DNA of 32,000 bases from Candidatus Saccharimonadota bacterium (GTDB taxonomy: Bacteria; Patescibacteriota; Saccharimonadia; Saccharimonadales; Saccharimonadaceae), in assembly GCA_016700015.1 (NCBI GenBank), contig CP064995.1:330001-362000 (forward strand), given 5' to 3'. A program made the position numbers and the translations under genes. The notes beneath the pieces are model-generated. The model saw only the letters and a program-made list of their open reading frames with translations. It was not told where the DNA came from and did not search any database. Shown piece after piece: positions 25,501 through 32,000 of this stretch (its first letter is position 1; the number at the start of each line of letters is the position of its first letter).

Positions 25501-28500
25501 GAGTACGGCTACAAAAACGGCGGCTACACGCCCCCGGTCAACGAAGACGGCACGCTGAGCAAAAACGCCGACAACACCTATACCTTGGCCGACACCGACG
25601 GCCGAACGTATGTATTCAACGCCGACGGTACGCTGCAATCGGTATCGTCACCAACTGACGATCGTCAGCCTGCTGCGCTCAAATACACTTACGGCGGATC
25701 GCCATCACGACTGCTCAAAATCGAAGACGGTACCACCAGCGCCCGCTATGGGACGGTCATATACAAAGGTGTCAACGAAACCAACAATATATGCGACAAA
25801 AACGGCACCAACAATCCTTCGGCGCTGTTTGGTCTCATCAGTAGCTTTGCCGATGCACCAAGTGGTAAACTGTGTGCCTTCACTACCAGCGATGGCGACA
25901 CGACAAACTTCTACTACGACAGTAGCGGTAACTTGGCACGCATTGTACAGCCAGGCGGGCAGGTGACCGACTATGCCTACGACCAGTATGGGCGTATTAC
26001 CGACGTGCGCGATAGTGTCGCGGCCGATGCAATCGCGGCTGGTATCCGTGCTGTCGATAATAGTGTATTGACCACACTAACCTACGACACTCTTGGCCGT
26101 ATTAGTTCGGTCAAAGCACCAGCTGCTACGGCAGCTGCTCAGCGGCTCGAGCATGCACTTGGCTATAAATTATCAAGCCAGCTACCTGTGAGTCGTTTCT
26201 ACAACCTCACTACTGGCGATCACCGCGCCAGTATAGCGTCCAACCTGCCTGGCTACATACTCGAATTTACCCATGGCTACATATTCAAAGATAGCGGTAC
26301 CAACCTCACCCCACTATATAGTTGCGTTGTTGGCACAAGCAATGAAATGGTGTCGCTCGACAGCAACTGTGAAGGAACGGGGATTTTGGGCAGGCTCGGC
26401 TACGCCTACGATCGTACCAAGCCGCAACCAGCAGGGACTGTGCCGCTGTATCGGTGCCGTGTCGGTGGTGAACACTTTACCTCTACTCAGAGCAACTGCG
26501 ATGGCTATATATTCGAGTTCTTGCTAGGCTACCTGAGTATAGGATTTGACTACCAAGGTATTGCCGAACTACACATTGCCGGTGCCAGCGAACCGAGCGG
26601 CTATAGCAAGCGTATTCAGTATGACACCCTGCTACGCACCACTGCCGAAACCGACCTAACCGGCAAGTCTGTCAAAACCGAGTGGGATAGTGTGAAAGAC
26701 CTTCAGCTCAGCAAGACCGACGCTACTGGAATGAAGAGCACAACAATCTACGACGTGCTCGACCGCGCAACTGATAGCTATGGCCCTGCGCCCAGCGCGT
26801 GGTTTGGAGCCGACAGGAAGCCTGTTGCCGCGCAGGTGAACAATGTGCCCCATACCAGCACGGGCTATGACGAGTCGGATGGTATGAAGGGCCCGGCGGT
26901 GTCGTGGTACGACGTAAAAGGCAAAACCCTGACCGGTGCGCCGCGTTACAATACGACGGGCTTCAGTAGCGACCTTTCACGGCTTTGGTACGACAACAAC
27001 AACTTTGCATTACCAATTACTCCAGGAGTAGGGATGGATGGTGTAGGGCTACGGGCCACGGCTAAACTCATGACCCCACCCGCTACCGGTCAATACAAGC
27101 TATTAGTTTGCTACACAGATGCCATACGCGTGTTTGTCGATAACCAACTTCAGTTTAACCAGTGGGACAATCGCAATTCCACGGTTGTCTGTGGCTACTC
27201 GGGCTTATTCACCCTCACTGCCGGGACTGCGCCAAACCTCGTCATCGAAGCGGCCAAATATGGCTCTCGACTGGCATTTTCGATCAATCTGTATCGTGCA
27301 GATAACACCCTTGTCAGCACAGCGAGTGGCGTGAACGATCGCTGGTCGCCCCTCGGCATTACCGCCGGCTACAACCTTACCACTAGCACCACTGCCTACG
27401 ACAGCCAGCTCGGCAATGTCACTAGTACCACCCAATATGCCAACCCTGCCTATGGAACAGTCGGCAGCACTACGCTCGACCCAACTGGGCTAAACTATGT
27501 GTCTCAGGCTACGTACGAAGCCCCAGGGGCGGGCTATCTGCGCCAGACGAGCAAAACACTGCCCGGTGGTGCCACGACCACCTATCAGCACTATGGTGGC
27601 ACCGAAACAGCCGACAACCCCTGCACACCCGAAACCGACCCGGCACCACAAGCGGGTATGCCAAAAGGAAAGGTAGACCCCACCGGCCGCACTACCACCA
27701 CTGTGTACAACCATTCGGGCGACGTAGTAGCTACACGCTACAATAGCGACCCGTGGACGTGTACCAGCTACGACACCCGCGGTCGCGTAACCCAAACAGT
27801 AGTGCCGTACATGAACAGCAAAAACGGCCGTACTATAGCTAACAACTATGCCGTCGGTGGCAATCCGCTTGTCACTAGCACTACCGACGACAGTGGTACT
27901 ATATCGGTCGAAAACGACTTGCTCGGCCGCACCGTCAAATACACCGATGCAAAAAACAACGTCACCACGAACACGTACGACGATTTCGGCAAACTCACAA
28001 GCCGTACTAGCCCCATTGGCACCGAAAGCTACGAATACGACCAGTACGACCGGCTCGTGAAACAAAAACTCGACACCGTGACCATGGCGACCGTCACGTA
28101 CGACGAATTTAGCCGCATTCAGTCCGTGCAGTACCCAGCAGGCATGAGCCTAAGTAGTATAACGCGCGACACGCTCGGTAGAGAAAACAGCAATACTTAT
28201 ACGCTGGCAAACGGCCAAACACTCACCGACCAAATAACTAGGTATACGAGTGGCGACATTCAAAACGGCACCGAACTGGGGGTTGGCAAATCCTACATCT
28301 ACGACAAAGCCGGTCGCTTAACAAGTGCCACTATCGGCAGCAATACCTATAGCTACGGTTTTGGCGCCCAGCACGCTAGCTGTAGCCTGCCAGCTGGGTA
28401 TGATGCAGGTAAAGACGGCAACCGCACCAGCATGACAGTCAACGGCCAAACCACTACGTATTGCTACAACAACGCCGATCAGCTGGTAAGCGGCAGCGAC

Positions 28501-29592
28501 CCATCGCTCACAAATGTCCAGTACGACACCCACGGCAATACTACTAGCCTTGGTGACGCTACTCATAAAACAACCTTTGGCTACGACTCCACTGATCGTA
28601 ACACAAGTATCGGAGGCAATGGCACCACTAGCTTCATCCGTGACGTCCAGAGCCGTATCGTCACACGCGAGCATAAAGACGGAGCGGGCACCACCACTAG
28701 CCTCGTCAACTATGGCTTCACTGGCAGTGGCGACACTCCCGACTTCCTCACCGACAATACTGGTACAGTGGTGCAAAAGTATCTGACACTCCCGGGTGAC
28801 GTGTTAGTGACCATCAAACCCCAATCCACCAGTGCTGGTGCCACTACCTATAGCGTGCCTAATATCCATGGCGATGTGATGGCGACAGTCAACGCCGACG
28901 GAGCCCTTACCAGCACCTTCCTGACTGGCCCTTTCGGCGAAGTACTCCCCACCCAACCACAGACTACTACCACACGTGGCGGTGCGCTCACCACCCCAGA
29001 ACCACTGCAACAACTCGCCCCATCGTCTACTCCAACCAACACTGCATCCGGCACCACCTACAGCTACGTCGGTCAACACGAGAAGATGACGGATATAGAA
29101 ACCAGTGCTATAGTGGGTGGTATCACCCAAATGGGTGCGCGTGTTTACATACCAGTGCTAGGACGGTTTCTGAGTATTGACCCGGTAGATGGTGGTGTAG
29201 ATAACAATTACAACTATCCAAATGATCCGGTGAATAACTTCGATTTGAGCGGAGAGGCGCAGCACGGTAAGCAGCAGGCGAAACCTAAAGTCTTATCGTA
29301 TAGGGAACAGGAACTTTTAAATGGTCCAAAAACTAAAATTAACTCAAAAGAGTATCAAAAAGCTCTCGACAAAGTTAAATACAATGAAAAGATATCGGGC
29401 GTAAGGAAATCACGATGGTCAAACTCGAAACCATCAACTCCGACACTCAAACCAAGTGGAAAAACATCGACGCCTAAAGTCAATATATCTGCCAAGCCAA
29501 CTACACGCCTTCCGATAATTTGGATGATCATAATGCCTAAGACGATCTATAATGGGTTGCTGTACGGGCCGGGTGGCGGAGCTCCCGTATAG
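22564..29592 (+). CDS. WapA/Rhs-family YD-repeat polymorphic toxin precursor (2342 aa) with N-terminal signal/anchor, three PA14 modules and a variable C-terminal tip
   Basis: Start taken at ATG 22564 ([32 protein letters not shown] is a hydrophobic signal/anchor). There are many YD repeats, e.g. [71 protein letters not shown]. The Rhs core end is [41 protein letters not shown]. Confidence 0.93.
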   Translation: MRGYVGVFGRGKKVIQRSALFFLTFMLVFGLIEPGIYRAYAESNSQKVFRTDYKLDPLLSQNPATSTVLTESGGTELQRPLAENARQYRYEDTTKRTSNTSTSVNNDGTKTLLYSQKQLNYKQGNKWEKIDNQLSATENIAPAANLWQILTNTAPKADAPSEYTGKAGQAAVAMKRSNEGISIAIANKTITMTPVGAAGAKPEKIDDTSVLYRDVWPGIDLQYELRGEAIKEAIIIKSKSAKTNFEFMFGGGSLKQHPKYEGKLTVEGLPDSYVLGDLSVQLNDRGVISEQPMTQKIVDGKLVVSLDAKWYAALPESSFPIRIDPTLGPVNDQTDWMFKSDGYSCNGWTCWINTGSIYDNGWKSWRTLFQFPYPELAGKRIVNANMHGTFQPNANGDTNGRNIYMGHATCIGFNCTGIYIGNAWAGTDFDINFTNELNNTVASGDMGAVWSVWGEEGAYKSFKPYHYMTATVVYDTPTPVAPAVSPANAQVVVDTQPTLRVNAVTDADGDTVQYYFRVSTNPDAESGAVINSGWISSPQWTIPDGVLQDGTTYYWHVYTLGATQTNPNWTRNFKVDLRTGKDSTQSYDTVGPVGIDLATGNATMGVGTHGMKALGGTIGLNLSYNTPNRAKRGLSAEYWNLPANYSFASGAPSSAATVTRRDQNIDNNWSSGSPTPAITNDWFYARWTGQFVAPVTGTYNFGGSNDDTMRVWVNGAEQYNQNCYSGICYDTTKSISLSAGQAVPIKVEYLDAVGAANAKLYVKGAVPEQVVSSDWLYSDVVNSPLGYGLTGRYYTDNANAHDFDAAAADPFRLMMQRVDSSMTLNFGLNGPAQGLQADNFMARWTGYITVPTAGSYTLGATSDDGIRIKVNTGTWQTPLDSLVDHAGTYWGSAVSLPANTPIPIQVDWYDHGGGAQLNLQVQGNGYAAQSVPATWLTPDANVLPAQWKLGIDADGNVAYERLRVTTNSVILEDSTGSTHEYGYKNGGYTPPVNEDGTLSKNADNTYTLADTDGRTYVFNADGTLQSVSSPTDDRQPAALKYTYGGSPSRLLKIEDGTTSARYGTVIYKGVNETNNICDKNGTNNPSALFGLISSFADAPSGKLCAFTTSDGDTTNFYYDSSGNLARIVQPGGQVTDYAYDQYGRITDVRDSVAADAIAAGIRAVDNSVLTTLTYDTLGRISSVKAPAATAAAQRLEHALGYKLSSQLPVSRFYNLTTGDHRASIASNLPGYILEFTHGYIFKDSGTNLTPLYSCVVGTSNEMVSLDSNCEGTGILGRLGYAYDRTKPQPAGTVPLYRCRVGGEHFTSTQSNCDGYIFEFLLGYLSIGFDYQGIAELHIAGASEPSGYSKRIQYDTLLRTTAETDLTGKSVKTEWDSVKDLQLSKTDATGMKSTTIYDVLDRATDSYGPAPSAWFGADRKPVAAQVNNVPHTSTGYDESDGMKGPAVSWYDVKGKTLTGAPRYNTTGFSSDLSRLWYDNNNFALPITPGVGMDGVGLRATAKLMTPPATGQYKLLVCYTDAIRVFVDNQLQFNQWDNRNSTVVCGYSGLFTLTAGTAPNLVIEAAKYGSRLAFSINLYRADNTLVSTASGVNDRWSPLGITAGYNLTTSTTAYDSQLGNVTSTTQYANPAYGTVGSTTLDPTGLNYVSQATYEAPGAGYLRQTSKTLPGGATTTYQHYGGTETADNPCTPETDPAPQAGMPKGKVDPTGRTTTTVYNHSGDVVATRYNSDPWTCTSYDTRGRVTQTVVPYMNSKNGRTIANNYAVGGNPLVTSTTDDSGTISVENDLLGRTVKYTDAKNNVTTNTYDDFGKLTSRTSPIGTESYEYDQYDRLVKQKLDTVTMATVTYDEFSRIQSVQYPAGMSLSSITRDTLGRENSNTYTLANGQTLTDQITRYTSGDIQNGTELGVGKSYIYDKAGRLTSATIGSNTYSYGFGAQHASCSLPAGYDAGKDGNRTSMTVNGQTTTYCYNNADQLVSGSDPSLTNVQYDTHGNTTSLGDATHKTTFGYDSTDRNTSIGGNGTTSFIRDVQSRIVTREHKDGAGTTTSLVNYGFTGSGDTPDFLTDNTGTVVQKYLTLPGDVLVTIKPQSTSAGATTYSVPNIHGDVMATVNADGALTSTFLTGPFGEVLPTQPQTTTTRGGALTTPEPLQQLAPSSTPTNTASGTTYSYVGQHEKMTDIETSAIVGGITQMGARVYIPVLGRFLSIDPVDGGVDNNYNYPNDPVNNFDLSGEAQHGKQQAKPKVLSYREQELLNGPKTKINSKEYQKALDKVKYNEKISGVRKSRWSNSKPSTPTLKPSGKTSTPKVNISAKPTTRLPIIWMIIMPKTIYNGLLYGPGGGAPV
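24460..24890 (+). other. PA14-like domain 1 within the Rhs protein
   Basis: [10 protein letters not shown]...[36 protein letters not shown]...[20 protein letters not shown]. Confidence 0.8.
24925..25380 (+). other. PA14-like domain 2 within the Rhs protein
   Basis: [10 protein letters not shown]...[34 protein letters not shown]...[20 protein letters not shown]. Confidence 0.8.
26194..26538 (+). repeat. three tandem ~35-aa protein repeats of the RFYN..GDH..T type embedded in the YD-repeat region
   Basis: The three units are [64 protein letters not shown] and [31 protein letters not shown]. Confidence 0.6.
26890..27300 (+). other. PA14-like domain 3, inserted inside the YD-repeat region
   Basis: [16 protein letters not shown]...[41 protein letters not shown]...[27 protein letters not shown]. 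Confidence 0.6.
29257..29589 (+). other. variable C-terminal tip (putative toxin) of the main Rhs protein, family unrecognised
   Basis: About 111 aa after the core-end motif DLSGE. It is Lys-rich ([45 protein letters not shown]...) and ends in a hydrophobic segment, [27 protein letters not shown]. Confidence 0.5.
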
Positions 29593-29605
29593 AAAGGAAT
29601 CAAAT

Positions 29606-29917
29606 ATGAAATTAAAGCAATGGTATGGAGTTCGATCGCTGGTATTCGATCCAGATAATGAGTTTTACGAGGAGCGCACGGTTATTGTTTTAGCAAATTC
29701 AAAAGATGGGGCATTAACGAAAGTAGCCAAGCATACGAACGAATACTGTAAATCGGTTGGACTTGAAGACTGTTTATACAGCGAGGTATTCAAATTAGTT
29801 GACAAAGATATTGGAGATTTAACAGAGGTGTATTCATGTATGCGGTATAGCGATTTTACTCCTAAGCAATATGTGAACAAGTTTTTAGCTACCGGGGATG
29901 AGGTTAATTTAGAGTAA
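29606..29917 (+). CDS. small cytosolic protein, candidate cognate immunity protein (from memory resembles the DUF4288-type pattern; unverified)
   Basis: ATG 29606 with SD GAAAGGA, 13 nt after the rhs stop. MKLKQWYGVRSLVFDPDNEFYEERTVIVLANSKDGALTKVAKHTNEY...GDLTEVYS. No TM segment. Confidence 0.6.
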   Translation: MKLKQWYGVRSLVFDPDNEFYEERTVIVLANSKDGALTKVAKHTNEYCKSVGLEDCLYSEVFKLVDKDIGDLTEVYSCMRYSDFTPKQYVNKFLATGDEVNLE

Positions 29918-30028
29918 AATGATGGTGTTAATGCCTCATTCTGAGGACAAGGTATTTACATAAATATTCGAATTTGGAGAGATAAGTTCAGGATATAATA
30001 TTTCCATTACACCTTGACAATTAATTCA

Positions 30029-30469
30029 CCCGATTTCTTCGCTGATCCATGAGGCACAGTGACGCAGAAATACCTCAGCCTTGCCGGTGGTATACGCGTC
30101 ACCATCAAACCACAAAGCACTAGTGCTGGTGCTACCACCTACAGCCTCAGTAACCTGCATGGTGATACCATGGCAACAGTGAATGCCGATGGTACCCCAA
30201 CCATCATCACCCCCACCGGCCCCTTCGGTGAACAACTAGCAAATCATACCGCACCCACCAACGCCACACCTGGCACCAGCAACGACTACCTCGGTACTCA
30301 TGCTAAAGCCACCGAAACAGACTACCTGACTCGTCCTATCCAAATGGGAGCCAGAGTCTATATACCAGAACTAGGCAGGTTTATGCAGATGGACCCGGTG
30401 GAGGGAGGAACGCTGAATGATTATGTGTATGCACAGGATCCGGTGAATCAAACCGATACAACTGGTGAG
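30029..30469 (+). repeat. diverged duplicate of the rhs core 3' end (counterpart 28738-29256)
   Basis: Codon-level alignment: [54 protein letters not shown] versus the main-gene [55 protein letters not shown]. Both end in GARVYIP.LGRF...DP..GG..N.Y.Y..DPVN..D..GE. Confidence 0.9.
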
Positions 30470-30931
30470 TTCTTGGCAAATCTAATTCGGATTGCAGTCG
30501 TCGCACTGTTTAAGCTTGTACCAAAGCAAGCAGTAAAGCAAACAGCGAAGAAAGCAACGAAGGCTGTCGTAAAACAAGAAGTAAAAACGATTGCGAAGCA
30601 GGTTACAAGGCAAGAAATAAAGAATATTGCCAGCACAACACCAAAGCAAATGTCGTACAACGCGCAGAAAACAGTCGACTTCCTAAAGAATAATGACTTT
30701 AAGTTTTCAGCGCAATTCACTAAAGGAGGCGGCCAGTGGTTAAACGATGGTCGAGCAGGCTCGCAGCTACTACCAAAAGAGTATCTTGGTAAGCCAATAA
30801 ATTATACAGAGTGGGATGTCCAGCCAATGTTGCAAAATGGCTTGCGCGGCTCGGAGCGTATAATTAGAGGCAGCGATGGGTCAATATGGCACACCGCCGA
30901 CCACTATAAGACGATAATAAGAATTGAGTGA
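30059..30931 (+). CDS. orphan Rhs C-terminal fragment carrying a barnase/RNase Sa-family ribonuclease toxin domain
   Basis: The ORF begins at a GTG just after an in-frame TGA (30050-30052). The last ~75 aa, GGGQWLNDGRAGSQLLPKEYLGKPINYTEWDVQPMLQNGLRGSERIIRGSDGSIWHTADHYKTIIRIE, align to barnase ...GKSGRTWREADINYTSGFRNSDRILYSSDWLIYKTTDHYQTFTKIR. The catalytic Glu, both Arg and the His are conserved. Confidence 0.85.
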   Translation: MTQKYLSLAGGIRVTIKPQSTSAGATTYSLSNLHGDTMATVNADGTPTIITPTGPFGEQLANHTAPTNATPGTSNDYLGTHAKATETDYLTRPIQMGARVYIPELGRFMQMDPVEGGTLNDYVYAQDPVNQTDTTGEFLANLIRIAVVALFKLVPKQAVKQTAKKATKAVVKQEVKTIAKQVTRQEIKNIASTTPKQMSYNAQKTVDFLKNNDFKFSAQFTKGGGQWLNDGRAGSQLLPKEYLGKPINYTEWDVQPMLQNGLRGSERIIRGSDGSIWHTADHYKTIIRIE

Positions 30932-30941
30932 GAGTATAAAA

Positions 30942-31487
30942 ATGAATATTGAGAATATGAAAATGCTTATTACTAAATCAGGAGCGGAACTTCAAACCGG
31001 CCTCACAGACGATGAAATAAATGAGATAGAGCGCGTTTTCGGTGCTCCCATGCCCGCCGACTTTAAAGAAATGCTTCACCACTTCCTACCGATTGGTAAT
31101 ATGTTCTACGACTGGCAAAAGCCACAGAACGTGCACGATGATTTTTATCGAGATTTAGAAAATGTGATACGTTTCGATATTTCTAATAATAACTTTTGGT
31201 GCCCACTATTTGGCGACAAACCGCAAAGTATAGATGAATCGGTTGCTAAGGCTATGGCAGCGATACACAATGCGCCACCGCTTTTTCCAATATACTCACA
31301 CCGATGCGCTGCACGTAGCGCATCTCGAGATAAGTCAGTTGTAATATCACTATACCAATTCACTGACTCGGCAGTATACGGAGTAGGTATAGAGGATTAT
31401 TTGATGCGCGAATTCGGCAATCAAGACAACGTATCAATGATTGAAAACGTACATGTACCGTTTTGGTCGGAGTGCTTAGAGCTTTAA
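30942..31487 (+). CDS. SUKH / SMI1-KNR4 family immunity protein for the orphan RNase
   Basis: LTDDEINEIERVFGAPMPADFKEMLHHFLPIG is the family-typical N-terminal motif, and the gene lies immediately downstream of the toxin. An alternative TTG start at 30924 overlaps the toxin stop. Confidence 0.75.
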   Translation: MNIENMKMLITKSGAELQTGLTDDEINEIERVFGAPMPADFKEMLHHFLPIGNMFYDWQKPQNVHDDFYRDLENVIRFDISNNNFWCPLFGDKPQSIDESVAKAMAAIHNAPPLFPIYSHRCAARSASRDKSVVISLYQFTDSAVYGVGIEDYLMREFGNQDNVSMIENVHVPFWSECLEL

Positions 31488-31637
31488 GATTGGGGCAGGT
31501 TACAGTAAAGGAGTTGAGGCCTGGTCTTGACATTCTGACACACGAAATTTCTGATTTCTTTCCAGGGTCAGGCCCCGACATAATGGAGGAGCCAGGGTTT
31601 ATCCCCGGAGATTCGGAAATAGTATATAGTATAGTTT

Positions 31638-32000
31638 ATGCCCAATAAAAATACAGTTAAGATTTTTGTCGCAAATACCTATTATCACGTATATAGCCGT
31701 GGTTGGAATCTGAATAAAATATTTCGAGATGAGAGTGATTACAAATACTTCGAATTACTATTGATGCGCGCGTTCGCCCCCGAGGCTGTCGCAGATGAAC
31801 GAGGGCGGCTATATCGCAACTTTTATAACGACGCGCGCCTTAATGCCTACTGTCTCATGGGAAACCATTTCCACCTCCTTGTACATATCTACGACGAGTC
31901 AGGACTGAGCAGGGCAATGAAAAGCATCCTCACTTCGTATTCCATGTATTTCAACAAAAAGTACAAACAACGCGGCAAGCCTGTTCGAGTCTACGTATAA
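31638..32000 (+). CDS. IS200/IS605-type Y1 (HUH) transposase-like / RayT-like protein, apparently truncated or frameshifted
   Basis: YYHVYSRGWNLNKIFRDESDYKYFELLL and the HUH motif in AYCLMGNHFHLLV. Stop TAA at 31998-32000 comes before the expected catalytic-Tyr helix. Confidence 0.75.
   Translation: MPNKNTVKIFVANTYYHVYSRGWNLNKIFRDESDYKYFELLLMRAFAPEAVADERGRLYRNFYNDARLNAYCLMGNHFHLLVHIYDESGLSRAMKSILTSYSMYFNKKYKQRGKPVRVYV

Noticed and set aside
27490-28065. 191-aa minus-strand ORF inside the rhs gene
   Set aside because: It is antisense to a YD-repeat region. Its low-complexity Val/Gly/Ala-rich translation indicates a shadow ORF.
29552-29605. Upstream ATG start ([18 protein letters not shown]...) for the immunity candidate, overlapping the rhs 3' end
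   Set aside because: There is no SD, and it overlaps the rhs coding region by 41 nt. ATG 29606 has a GAAAGGA SD at proper spacing.
29918-30028. Possible promoter (TATAAT at 29994-29999; TTGACA at 30014-30019) for the orphan cassette
   Set aside because: Neither hexamer has a partner at a 16-18-nt spacing: TTGGAG lies only 14 nt from TATAAT, and there is no -10 after TTGACA. AT-rich sequence produces such matches by chance. I kept this only as a caveat to the claim that the orphan is silent.
31463-31648. 61-aa ORF spanning the spacer between the SUKH gene and the transposase gene
   Set aside because: It overlaps both neighbours' ends and has no SD or recognisable motif, so it is likely spurious.

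Overview
The window is a bacterial translation/transcription core neighbourhood, with an accessory toxin locus at its 3' end.

**Gene order.** All housekeeping genes are on the + strand:
- hisS (5' end cut by the window edge)
- a type IV pilin-like gene
- tig
- [GC-richer orphan membrane protein]
- clpP
- rpoB
- rpoC
- [membrane protein on the opposite strand]
- rpsL
- rpsG
- [four-gene uncharacterised island]
- fusA

**Accessory locus downstream of fusA, where tuf usually sits.**
- A 2342-aa WapA/Rhs-type YD-repeat protein with three PA14 modules and a C-terminal tip I do not recognise.
- A small candidate immunity gene.
- An orphan rhs C-terminal cassette carrying a barnase-family RNase, followed by a SUKH/SMI1-KNR4-type immunity gene.
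- An IS200/RayT-like HUH transposase gene that reaches a stop codon exactly at the window end and looks frameshifted.

I found no tRNA, rRNA or CRISPR array.

**Most interesting observations.**
1. A four-gene island splits the normally contiguous rpsG-fusA pair. It encodes an xHH/HNH-like protein and three tandem, acidic, mutually paralogous proteins, and has its own terminator and promoters.
2. The Rhs C-terminal tip and its putative immunity gene are unrecognised and sit behind a sharp GC drop.
3. The orphan barnase cassette is positioned for recombinational toxin switching.
4. EF-G has non-canonical G4 (NKIN instead of NKxD) and G5 motifs.
5. RpoC lacks all eight canonical zinc-ligand cysteines.
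6. Consensus promoters repeatedly sit 6-9 nt from ATG codons that have no Shine-Dalgarno sequence, suggesting leaderless mRNAs.

**Lineage.** This is inference only. The Firmicutes-type S12 and the WapA-like toxin suggest a Gram-positive-type bacterium. The compact operons and divergent EF-G/RpoC suggest a reduced genome, possibly CPR/Saccharibacteria-like.
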